25,658 nt of DNA from a virus (taxonomy: Duplodnaviria; Caudoviricetes). Every line of letters begins with the position of its first letter. Position 1 is the stretch's first letter. Where the stretch lies: the IMG/VR virus record IMGVR_UViG_3300048819_000005, positions 1 through 25,658 of that record. The stretch is one strand, 5' to 3'. Both the position numbers and the translations under genes were made by a program. Under the pieces are notes generated by a model. It worked only from the letters and a program-made list of their open reading frames with translations. It searched no databases and had not been told where the DNA came from. Shown piece by piece: positions 8,500-16,948 of this stretch.

Positions 8500-9309
8500 A
8501 TGGGAAAAACTATAACCTATCCTGATGGTTCTCAATTAGTGTCTTCTGCGCTAACTGATACTCAAGTTGAGAGTTTTTTTCAGATAGCTACTCAGTCTGC
8601 TTTAGGAATACTAGTTACTCCACTAATTGTGAGTTTTTCATTTTCGAATGGTTCAAATTCTGCTGGATGTAATACTCTTTTCCTATATCCAGGTTTATTA
8701 GTTGTGTCTTCTAGTGTTCCTGCTGGAACTACTATAGTTAGTATAGGCACAGGAGAAGTTACTCTTAGCAATAAAGCAACCACTTCAGGTACTCAGAATG
8801 GAACTGTAACTGATCCTAACCTATCCTCTAAAGTTAGAATTGGTTGGCAACAAGAAGGTCAACCCTTTAACAGTATAGATCAGGATACTACCTATCTTCG
8901 TTGTGATACGATGGATACTGAATACTCACGACTTCATGATCAAGTAGGATTGATTCCTTCTGGTACTGTTATAACCATTCAGGATGTATTTACTAGAAGG
9001 TGGAGAACCGCGTGGACCTTCTATGGCCCTAATGCACTAGATAATGCTAGAGCTTTAAAGTCTGGATTGACTGGTGTTGATTACGTGATAAGTTCATTAG
9101 CCTCTAATAGTCTTTTCGTAGATCCTTCGATAGAAGAGATTAGACGGGTTCCTGAGCTTTTTCAAGGTCAATGGTGGGAAAGAGTAGATTTAACTGTTGA
9201 GTTTAATGAAGAGATTACAGAAAGTCTAATAGTTGGTTCAGTAGCTTCTGTAGAAGTCAAGGTTTACACTTCAAGTGGTGAGATAGCTGATTTCACTGTA
9301 ACTACGTAA
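8500..9309 (+). CDS. tail terminator / neck protein with an inserted Thr-rich module
   Basis: Immediately before the sheath gene; VRIGWQQEGQP, TFYGPNA, VPELFQGQWWERVDL motifs. Confidence 0.7.
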   Translation: MGKTITYPDGSQLVSSALTDTQVESFFQIATQSALGILVTPLIVSFSFSNGSNSAGCNTLFLYPGLLVVSSSVPAGTTIVSIGTGEVTLSNKATTSGTQNGTVTDPNLSSKVRIGWQQEGQPFNSIDQDTTYLRCDTMDTEYSRLHDQVGLIPSGTVITIQDVFTRRWRTAWTFYGPNALDNARALKSGLTGVDYVISSLASNSLFVDPSIEEIRRVPELFQGQWWERVDLTVEFNEEITESLIVGSVASVEVKVYTSSGEIADFTVTT

Positions 9310-9321
9310 GGAGAAAATAAT

Positions 9322-10761
9322 ATGGCAACAAACCCCTTGCCGCTTTCTATAATCGCGGATGTTACAGTGGTAACGTCTAGTCCACAGGTAGCTGCTCCTC
9401 TATTCAATACTGGACTAATTATTGGTCCAAGTGCGGTGATCCCATCTTATGGCGTTAACCCGGTAATTAGAAAATATCTACAAGGTAACTGGGCTGCCGC
9501 TATGATTAATGATGGATTCACTACATCTCAACCAGAATATATAGCCGCTGGCATGTATTTTGGTCAGGCTCCTCCTCCCCAGGCGGCCTATATTGGAAGA
9601 CAGGACCTTACAGCTATTTTTTCTGCTGTTGCTCATAGTGGAAATGCCGGCACGAATTATGCTGTAGGTGATATTATAGGAGTAATTCAAGCTGGCGCAA
9701 GTAATGGTCTACTTCAGGTAATCTCTGTAGGCGGAAGTGGAAACGTTACTGGCCTTGCTACTCTTATTGGAGAACAAGGTACTGGTTACGCAGTAGCTAC
9801 CGCTCTTACCACTAGTGGTGGATCAGGTAGTGGTCTAGAGGTGGATATCACAGCCATCGGTCAGAGTGCTCTTCAAGCTGCTCAAGTATGCAGATTGAAG
9901 AGTCCTGGTTGGTATCCTTTCATGGTTACAGATGCTGGGCCTTCAGATCATATTGCTCTGTCTACTTGGGCTCTTAGTCAAGTAGGCACAGTATATTTTG
10001 GAACTGATGGAGAAGTAAATGTTCTTAATGGAGCAGCTAATAATACTTTCATCCAGATCTATAATCTCTCTTGTAAGAGAACTTGGATGCAGTATGCTAC
10101 TACGCAAGGTGGGCTGGTGCCTAATCAAATCTACTTTGTAGCTGCTGTAATGGGTCAAGCAATGGCCTCTAATACTCAGTTAGCTAATTCAGCCTTTACT
10201 GAGAAATTTAGTGGTGGTGTACCTTTACTTGGTGTAGTAACTGAGCCTCTAACTGCTCAACAAATCTTGAACATTGAGGGAGCTGTTCCTGGTTTTGGAC
10301 CTAATGGTAATACATTCTTGAATTATGCCAATGCCTTTAATGTTCTTGAACAAGGCACGATGATGGCCGCCGGGGTGTTCTTTGACCAGATATTGAATTT
10401 AGATACTCTAGCGTCTAATATCCAGTATGCTATCATGAACACACTGACTAGTTTACCTAAAGTTCCACAGACTAATGCCGGCCAGCAACTCTTAATTCAA
10501 GCAGTAGAGTCGGCCTGTGCACAAGCTCAGTTAATTGGGTTCATTGCTCCCAGTGGTATTTGGCAAGGTCAAACAATTAATGTTGGAAATACTACTATTG
10601 CTCCCGGTACCTCTATACCTGGTTATGTGGTATTGTCTCCTCCTTATAGCACCCTTACACAAGCTCAAATTGCCGCTCGTCAAGCTCCTCCGATCTACGT
10701 AGCTCTTATTGAGGCAGGGGCCGTTCATTTCGTAGTAATTGAAGTGCTCGTCCAAGTCTAA
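9322..10761 (+). CDS. contractile tail sheath protein (DUF3383-like)
   Basis: LPLSIIADVTV, GF..SQPEYIAAGMYFGQ.P.P...YIGR, EQGTMMAAG.FFD, KVPQTNAG, RQAPPI...AGAVH motifs. Confidence 0.85.
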   Translation: MATNPLPLSIIADVTVVTSSPQVAAPLFNTGLIIGPSAVIPSYGVNPVIRKYLQGNWAAAMINDGFTTSQPEYIAAGMYFGQAPPPQAAYIGRQDLTAIFSAVAHSGNAGTNYAVGDIIGVIQAGASNGLLQVISVGGSGNVTGLATLIGEQGTGYAVATALTTSGGSGSGLEVDITAIGQSALQAAQVCRLKSPGWYPFMVTDAGPSDHIALSTWALSQVGTVYFGTDGEVNVLNGAANNTFIQIYNLSCKRTWMQYATTQGGLVPNQIYFVAAVMGQAMASNTQLANSAFTEKFSGGVPLLGVVTEPLTAQQILNIEGAVPGFGPNGNTFLNYANAFNVLEQGTMMAAGVFFDQILNLDTLASNIQYAIMNTLTSLPKVPQTNAGQQLLIQAVESACAQAQLIGFIAPSGIWQGQTINVGNTTIAPGTSIPGYVVLSPPYSTLTQAQIAARQAPPIYVALIEAGAVHFVVIEVLVQV

Positions 10762-10778
10762 TTGAAAGGAAATAAACT

Positions 10779-11219
10779 ATGTCTTCATATGCCTATAAGA
10801 GCGTCGCAGGGGCCTTTACTGATCCAGACGCTGGAACCTATCCTTTCATTGGCCAGGAAGGGATTAAGAAAATCACTGTAGTTAATACTACTGATCGTAC
10901 CGTTCAGGATACTGCTGCTGACGGTACTATCATGAAGAGTTATGTCTCAGGCGCTTCGGGCGCTTTTGACATCGAGACTCAACAAACTAGTTCACTACAT
11001 CAATTTCTAGTTAACTGGGCAAACATTAAATTCACTCAGGCTGAGAATGGTGGTGGAGCTAATTTCGGTTCAGCCGCTATGAAAGTAATAGATCTTATTA
11101 ATGGGTCTATTCATACTGGTACAGGAATGTCTCCTCTTAAAATTCCTGATAAGAATTATGATGCGGCTGGTGGTTTCGTTACGTGGCGTTTAATCTGCGC
11201 AAATATGGTAACTCAGTAA
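10779..11219 (+). CDS. tail tube protein (DUF3277-like)
   Basis: 146 aa after the sheath; Y.YKSV, AADG, IETQQTS..HQFL, KIPD, W.L.C pattern. Confidence 0.8.
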   Translation: MSSYAYKSVAGAFTDPDAGTYPFIGQEGIKKITVVNTTDRTVQDTAADGTIMKSYVSGASGAFDIETQQTSSLHQFLVNWANIKFTQAENGGGANFGSAAMKVIDLINGSIHTGTGMSPLKIPDKNYDAAGGFVTWRLICANMVTQ

Positions 11220-11229
11220 AGGAGATGAA

Positions 11230-11613
11230 GTGGAAAACCGTACGCCTACTAAGAATTTTCCTGTTGGGGATAAGATCTATCAACTCAACAAAGTGACTCC
11301 TAGGACAGGATGTTGGTTGTTTTCTTTTTTAGCCGCTAGACAGAGTGATTCATCTGTTTTATCTGGTTTAGGAAGATGTACTAGGGCTGAGTTTGATGAG
11401 ATTCAAACAATTGCTTTAAGACAAGTATTTCTTCTAGATATTGTAGATGGAAATACCCTTCCTATAGCAGTTCTTGCCCCTGATGGAAACCTTATAGGCG
11501 ATCTTAAAGATGATACAGAACTTACATTTAAACTTACTACAGCCTCCTTGTTGTTTAGTTTAGATGCTTTTTTAGTCGTAGTCGGGTCAAGTTCACAGTC
11601 ACCAAACCAGTAG
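11230..11613 (+). CDS. tail assembly chaperone (lambda gpG-like, short form)
   Basis: Between tube and tape measure; AAGGAG RBS with GTG start; contains a slippery site near its 3' end. Confidence 0.75.
   Translation: MENRTPTKNFPVGDKIYQLNKVTPRTGCWLFSFLAARQSDSSVLSGLGRCTRAEFDEIQTIALRQVFLLDIVDGNTLPIAVLAPDGNLIGDLKDDTELTFKLTTASLLFSLDAFLVVVGSSSQSPNQ
11568..11574 (+). promoter_or_regulatory. -1 programmed ribosomal frameshift heptamer T TTT TTA
   Basis: In-frame codons GCT TTT TTA give an X XXY YYZ heptamer; the -1 frame stays open to TAG at 11802-11804. Confidence 0.8.
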
Positions 11614-11804
11614 ACTGGGAACCCATCAATTATCCAAATTTAGACCCTTTCTTAATGAGACCGGTAGAGTCTGGATTATGGAAACTATCTGAGACATTTG
11701 ATGGAACCTACACAATTGATGATCTTTTTGACATCAATGAGGTGATGGATGTAGAAGTAGAAAATAGATCACGAGCTAGAGTTTGGGGTTCGAAGGAGGA
11801 TTAG
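11568..11804 (+). CDS. frameshifted extension of the tail assembly chaperone (gpGT-like); absent from the ORF track
   Basis: -1 frame reads SRSRVKFTVTKPVDWEPINYPNLDPFLMRPVESGLWKLSETFDGTYTIDDLFDINEVMDVEVENRSRARVWGSKED*, ending right before the tape-measure start. Confidence 0.75.
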   Translation, partial: FFSRSRVKFTVTKPVDWEPINYPNLDPFLMRPVESGLWKLSETFDGTYTIDDLFDINEVMDVEVENRSRARVWGSKED

Positions 11805-13403
11805 GTGTCAGATAACATACTAGAGAGTTATCTAATTAGAGTTTCTGCGCTACCTGATGCTTCTTCATTTCTTACTCTAGGTCGCATATTAAAGAATACT
11901 GAGTCTGAGGTCCTTGGTCTTACTGGTACTGCTATAAATAGCATAGTTAAGTTTGAAGCAGCTACTATAGCTTCATTTACTGCTATAGGACTAGGAATGA
12001 TTAGTTTAGCAGATAAGACCGCCATGACTGATCAGTCTTATCGTCTCATGGGACTTCGCATGATGATGACTAAAGATTCTGCTCGTGCTATGCAGAATGC
12101 TTTAGACGAACTTGGGGCTACTATTGATGAGGTTGCTTATGATCCTGAACTTAATAAGAGGTTCCAATATCTATACGAACAGAACATGCAGCTAGGTAAA
12201 GCCCTTGGCGGGTCTTATGATAAAAACATGCGTAGCATTCGTGATTTGCGTATGGAGTATAAGATGCTGGGAACTGAAGTAGAGTTTTTAGCTAATGCTG
12301 TAGTTGATAAGTTTTTCGATAAAGTGGGACTTGGTTCAGGTGATTTAATGGGTAAACTTGATAACCTAAACCAACGGTTCAAGTCTAACCTTCCTGCAAT
12401 ATCTGATGAAGTTGCTAGTGATTTTATACCAGTCTGGAAAAGCGCTGTTTTAGTTCTTAAAAGTTTTGGTGAAGTCATCAAAGAGGGTTATGGTGAGTTC
12501 CAGAAATTCAGTGGACTATTATTTGATGATGACTCAATTAAAACTACAGATGCTAGTGTAGGTAGTGTTACTGAGACTTTCAGAGATTGGTTAGAGGTTA
12601 TAACTAGAGTTTCTCTGGGTATCGAAAATATGGCTAAGATTGGCATACATGCTGGAGCCGCTATTTTCGATGCATTTGGTGCTATAGCGGATGTTCTTAG
12701 AGGTAATTTTTCAGGAGCTCATCAATTTCATCTAGATGCTGATAAAGAAGGAGAATTTTTAAGAAAAGATTTGGAAAGTTTAGTAAATGGAACAAGTGAC
12801 TTTACTGGTGGTAAAGCTTTTAGGACAGCTCTAGGTCAGCAAAATGGTCCAGTTGACTATGCCGGTCTCATCGGTGGAGCATCTACTAAGTATGGGATAG
12901 ATCCAGAAATGCTCGCTGCCGTGATGAGAGTTGAGAGTGGTGGTAATCCAGGAATTATATCTCCTAAGGGCGCTGAAGGCTTGATGCAAGTTATGCCTGG
13001 AACTGCGGCAGCCTATGGTGGAGGTAATCTTTTCAATCCGGCCCATAACATAGATATAGGTAGTCATATACTTGCTGACTTACTGAGGAAGTATGGGCCA
13101 GACTGGCCTAAAGTACTGGCTGCTTATAATGCAGGTCCAGGAAATGTAGATAAGTATGGTGGAGTTCCTCCTTTTGCTGAAACTCAAAAGTATGTAGGAA
13201 GAGTACTTGGAGAGTATAAAAGCCTACATGAAAGATCTCAACAGTCTGGCGGTCAAGTTATTATCGACACTGTTAACATTAATGTTCCCCATGCTTTACC
13301 CCAAGATCAGTGGACTGATTTTGTTAATCAAGCTATGAAAGACACGGTTAGAAAAAATGAAGTAAATAAGATGGCGCAAACGGCTGGAGGACCATTTAAT
13401 TAA
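11805..13403 (+). CDS. tape measure protein with a C-terminal SLT-type lytic transglycosylase domain
   Basis: Helical N-terminal region; YGIDPEMLAAVMRVESGG, GAEGLMQVMP, LAAYNAGPGNV, PPFAETQKYV (~12860-13230). Confidence 0.9.
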   Translation: MSDNILESYLIRVSALPDASSFLTLGRILKNTESEVLGLTGTAINSIVKFEAATIASFTAIGLGMISLADKTAMTDQSYRLMGLRMMMTKDSARAMQNALDELGATIDEVAYDPELNKRFQYLYEQNMQLGKALGGSYDKNMRSIRDLRMEYKMLGTEVEFLANAVVDKFFDKVGLGSGDLMGKLDNLNQRFKSNLPAISDEVASDFIPVWKSAVLVLKSFGEVIKEGYGEFQKFSGLLFDDDSIKTTDASVGSVTETFRDWLEVITRVSLGIENMAKIGIHAGAAIFDAFGAIADVLRGNFSGAHQFHLDADKEGEFLRKDLESLVNGTSDFTGGKAFRTALGQQNGPVDYAGLIGGASTKYGIDPEMLAAVMRVESGGNPGIISPKGAEGLMQVMPGTAAAYGGGNLFNPAHNIDIGSHILADLLRKYGPDWPKVLAAYNAGPGNVDKYGGVPPFAETQKYVGRVLGEYKSLHERSQQSGGQVIIDTVNINVPHALPQDQWTDFVNQAMKDTVRKNEVNKMAQTAGGPFN

Positions 13404-14218
13404 TGAGTGGTATACTTCTACCAACAGTTTTATCTCTGGCTGCTTCTGCTTCTGAGATCGCTATCTTTGGAGGCAATCAGCCTAACTTCATATCTTTAGG
13501 ACCTTGGACTCCTCCTCAATATGGTCTTCCTGCTGTAACTGTTTTGACTATACCCGCTCAAGCCAGTAATACAACAGGTCAGCCTGCTTCTACTGAGATC
13601 AATTACGTATTTGATGCTGTTTTTAGAATTCTTCATAAAAGATCCGTAAGGAAAACCTCTCATCCTGTCCTTACAGGAGCTAATATATCTGATCATTCTT
13701 ACATAGTTGCAGCTCAAGTAACCTTCGAAATAGGTATGAGTGATTGTATGGCTTCTTATCAAGATGGTGTATGGGTAGGAGCCTCTACTAAAAGTATCTC
13801 AGCTTGGCAAATTATTAAAAGCATTCTTCAAAATAAAACCTTACTTACCCTTACTACTAGATTAGATACCTATCAGAACATGCTTATCATGGATGCTATT
13901 GCTCCTGATGATAATAAGACTAGTCATGCTTTACGGGCTACAATTATCATGGAGGAACTCCTATCTGCTAGTGTTGTTTCTATTGCTAGTCAAAGCGCTA
14001 TACCTCAGACTACTGGGAATACTCCTAATGGGGTAACACAGGCAACTACACCTAATCCTACTCAAGTTTCTCAATTTCAAGTTATTCCAGGTCAAACAGA
14101 TGCGGCTACTGGTCCTGTAGTTCCTGGCATGCTGTATACAGCTGTTCCTGGGTCTGGTGACTATAGTAGCAATAGTATATACCAAGTTAGAACAGGAACT
14201 AGTTCAGGGGCACCATAA
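13403..14218 (+). CDS. baseplate / tail-tube initiator protein (Dit-like)
   Basis: FDAV...H......TSHPV.TGANISDH, TTRLDTYQNMLI motifs; directly after the tape measure (TAATG overlap). Confidence 0.75.
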   Translation: MSGILLPTVLSLAASASEIAIFGGNQPNFISLGPWTPPQYGLPAVTVLTIPAQASNTTGQPASTEINYVFDAVFRILHKRSVRKTSHPVLTGANISDHSYIVAAQVTFEIGMSDCMASYQDGVWVGASTKSISAWQIIKSILQNKTLLTLTTRLDTYQNMLIMDAIAPDDNKTSHALRATIIMEELLSASVVSIASQSAIPQTTGNTPNGVTQATTPNPTQVSQFQVIPGQTDAATGPVVPGMLYTAVPGSGDYSSNSIYQVRTGTSSGAP

Positions 14219-14646
14219 TGCCTATACAGGTTATACCTCTAAATAATTCTCCAAATCAAACATTTACAGTTCAACTGAATATCGATGGAAAACCTTTGAT
14301 ACTCAATGTTGGACTTAGATTCAACTCAATGGCTGGCTATTGGTTGATGACCTTATCGGATATCAATAACAGCCTTATAGTAGATTCTGTCCCCCTTATT
14401 ACAGGTACTTATCCTGCAGCAAATATACTTAAACAACAGGTATACAAGGCTATAGGCGCCTGGTACATCATCAATGTATCAAATCTTTTAGTAGAAACTG
14501 GATCAGATGTTGGATACGGAATGGGACCCTATGGTGGGCCTCCTGGTTATGGTGGGGAGCAAGGACAGGGCGGGGTAGACTATCCAGACAATACAAATCT
14601 GGGAACTGATTTCCAACTTTGGGTTGATGATACACCTACAGTTTAA
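14218..14646 (+). CDS. small baseplate (plug-like) protein
   Basis: IPL...PNQTF.V.L, YWLMTLSD, VPLITG..NIL.Q, P...NLGTDFQL motifs and synteny. Confidence 0.7.
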   Translation: MPIQVIPLNNSPNQTFTVQLNIDGKPLILNVGLRFNSMAGYWLMTLSDINNSLIVDSVPLITGTYPAANILKQQVYKAIGAWYIINVSNLLVETGSDVGYGMGPYGGPPGYGGEQGQGGVDYPDNTNLGTDFQLWVDDTPTV

Positions 14647-14729
14647 ATATGCAAACCCGGGTTGAGTATTTTATTGCCGCCGGGTTGCACAAATCACCCT
14701 AGGATTCTCCAGGTTTCACTGAGGATATC
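14644..14729 (+). repeat. 86-bp intergenic element, copy 1 (hairpin-forming; includes the RBS of the next gene)
   Basis: Ungapped match to 24996-25081 at 76/86 positions; 14650-14698 is identical to 25002-25050. Confidence 0.95.
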
Positions 14730-15824
14730 ATGGCGTCATCAAATACACCGTATTTTGGGAGGGCCTGGTCACTTACCATTACCCCTAATCAAGGTCCTTC
14801 TGCTGGAACTCCTATAGTTATATCATCTAACGCGTGGGAACCAGAAGCCTTAAGGGTAACGTTTGAGATATCACAGATAGCTTTTTCTGCTTTTTGGCAA
14901 GCTGAGATTACTATATGGAATGCTAATGGCCCTATAAGTTCTGGTCCCTCAGCAGGTTTAAATCTTTATCAAGCTATTATACAAGAAGGAGATACTGTTA
15001 GTTTTGCAGCAGGATATCAGTATGATTATCCTCCTCCTCAAACTCCTCCTGTTATATGGACAGGACCTTTATTCTATACTATTCAAGATCGAGTTGACGT
15101 AGTAGATCAGAGACTTATTCTCCATTGTCTACTTAATAGAGCTCTTACAACTCAGAATTTCTTAAATAGTACTCTTCCTGCTAGATCTACGCAGTTTACT
15201 CAAGCTCAGTTTATAGCAGCTAACGCTGTGACTCCTATTAAAATTAATTCTTCTAGAGTTCAGCAACTTTTCTCTGATGCTAGTCCACAAAGAGGAGCTA
15301 CTAATCTACCCAGAGGTAAATCATACTTTGGAGCTCCTCACACCTATCTTAATAAGTTGGCTGAACAAAATTCTCTTCTATCGTGGTTTGATGATAAAAG
15401 TTGGAACGCTGACACCCTTGATGTTCCGTTAGGACCTCTGTTAGCTACGTATGCCCCAGTCAATCTACTTGGCGGGCCTCCACAGAATTTCGGAACTACT
15501 AAGTTATCTCTTATAGGTCAGCCACAACAAACTCAATTAGGGGTTAACTTTAGGGTTTTACTCGATCCTACAGTTCAAGTAACGGCCCCTTTACCTCAAG
15601 TAGCTGTTATGTCTCAGTATGTTAGACAGGCTCCTATTAACTATCCCAGTCAATTTCCTCCTCTTCCACTTAATCAGGCTAATCAGTATGTGGTAATAGG
15701 AGTAAGATTCTATGGTGATACAAGAGGCAACCCTTGGTATTCTGACATCACTGGAGTTTCTCAAATTCAGACAGCAGTACAACTACTTGGTCAGAGCGGT
15801 CAAGCTGATTTTACAGGAAACTAA
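14730..15824 (+). CDS. baseplate hub protein (T4 gp27 / Mu gp44-like position)
   Basis: FGRAWSLTI, LRVTFEI, AEITIWN, AGY, LPRGKSYFG, LIGQPQQT..GV....LLDP, GDTRGNPWYS motifs. Confidence 0.75.
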   Translation: MASSNTPYFGRAWSLTITPNQGPSAGTPIVISSNAWEPEALRVTFEISQIAFSAFWQAEITIWNANGPISSGPSAGLNLYQAIIQEGDTVSFAAGYQYDYPPPQTPPVIWTGPLFYTIQDRVDVVDQRLILHCLLNRALTTQNFLNSTLPARSTQFTQAQFIAANAVTPIKINSSRVQQLFSDASPQRGATNLPRGKSYFGAPHTYLNKLAEQNSLLSWFDDKSWNADTLDVPLGPLLATYAPVNLLGGPPQNFGTTKLSLIGQPQQTQLGVNFRVLLDPTVQVTAPLPQVAVMSQYVRQAPINYPSQFPPLPLNQANQYVVIGVRFYGDTRGNPWYSDITGVSQIQTAVQLLGQSGQADFTGN

Positions 15825-16541
15825 ATGCTAAGCGTACAGGAAAGATTAGGAATCCTAACTGAATCTATAGAAGGCCATGCGTGGCAGTGGGCTTGTACGT
15901 TAAGGTCTGCCATACCTGGCATAGTAACCTCCTTTGATGCTGACACTCAAACGTGTGTTGTTCAGCCGGCTATAATGGAGACAGTAAACTTACCTCCCCC
16001 GAATACTTCTCAGGTTCCTAGTCCAGGAGTAACTCAAAATATTCCTACTGCTGTGGCTATTAAACCTATTCAAGATGTTCCAATTATCATGATGAGAGTT
16101 CCTGGTTGGTCGATTACTTTTCCCATAACTGAAGGTACAGAGTGTCTGCTTATATTCGCAGATATGTGCATAGATGGATGGTGGCAAAATGGAGGAATAA
16201 ATGCTCAATTTGACCGTAGGAGACACGACCTATCAGATGCTTTTGCACTATTCGGTCCTTGGTCTCAACCAAATAATCTTAGCAATTATTCCCAGTCCTC
16301 ACTACAAATCCGATCTGACGATCAGTCAGTTCTTATTGATCTTGCCGCAACCGTAGCAACAGTTCAAGCCCCTAATGTCATCATAAAGCAATCCGGCGGA
16401 GCAGCACAGCCTCTCTTGAACCAAGCTTGGTATGACTGGTACACGACAAATATTCAGCCATTTCTAGTAGGATTAGGTTATGTAGGTCCACCGGCTCCTA
16501 TAACATCGTTATCTCTTACTCAGGTACTGGAGGCTCAATAA
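15825..16541 (+). CDS. central spike protein (Gp138-family OB-fold N-terminus)
   Basis: AIPGIVTSFD..TQTCVVQP, DVP, ITFPITEGTECLLIFADMCIDGWW..GG, RRHDLSDAF. Confidence 0.85.
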   Translation: MLSVQERLGILTESIEGHAWQWACTLRSAIPGIVTSFDADTQTCVVQPAIMETVNLPPPNTSQVPSPGVTQNIPTAVAIKPIQDVPIIMMRVPGWSITFPITEGTECLLIFADMCIDGWWQNGGINAQFDRRRHDLSDAFALFGPWSQPNNLSNYSQSSLQIRSDDQSVLIDLAATVATVQAPNVIIKQSGGAAQPLLNQAWYDWYTTNIQPFLVGLGYVGPPAPITSLSLTQVLEAQ

Positions 16542-16939
16542 TGGCTACAATTACTACTAGAGCCTTGGATCCTGTCACTTGGAATCCCCAGTACGGTAAT
16601 GGTCAGAATAACTTTATTTCTGATCTACAAGCTATGGTTCAAATAATAGCGTGTAGATTAAAGTTATTCCAAGGAGAATGGTTCCTTAACTTACTCGATG
16701 GTCTTCCGATGTTTCAGAGTATGTTGGGTTCTTCTGCTTCTCCTCAGAATATTCAAGCTATCATTAATATCATATCTAGCAGAATAAGTCAAACTCAATA
16801 TGTAACAAAGATAATTTCTGTATCTGCTAGTTATCAGAATCGTCAATTTAAGTTTAGCGCTACTGTGCAAACTCAATTTGGGATTGTGTACGTCTATAAT
16901 ACCCCAGGTTCCGCAGCGTCTTTGACAACGTCTAATTAA
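16541..16939 (+). CDS. baseplate wedge / sheath initiator (gp25/W-like)
   Basis: Q...RLKLFQGEWFLN..DGLP, T..V..I, ATVQTQFG motifs. Confidence 0.75.
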   Translation: MATITTRALDPVTWNPQYGNGQNNFISDLQAMVQIIACRLKLFQGEWFLNLLDGLPMFQSMLGSSASPQNIQAIINIISSRISQTQYVTKIISVSASYQNRQFKFSATVQTQFGIVYVYNTPGSAASLTTSN

Positions 16940-16948
16940 GAGGATAAG

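Noticed and set aside
14674-14689. Sigma-54 promoter (TTGCCGCCGGGTTGCA) in the repeat
   Set aside because: The -12 TTGCA fits, but the invariant -24 GG reads TG.
14644-14729. The repeat as a hammerhead ribozyme, intrinsic terminator, CRISPR repeat or integron attC site
   Set aside because: CTGAGGA occurs only in copy 1 with no matching GAAA core; there is no U-tract; only two copies 10 kb apart with no spacers or cas genes; the ends do not fit RYYYAAC/GTTRRRY and no integrase is visible.
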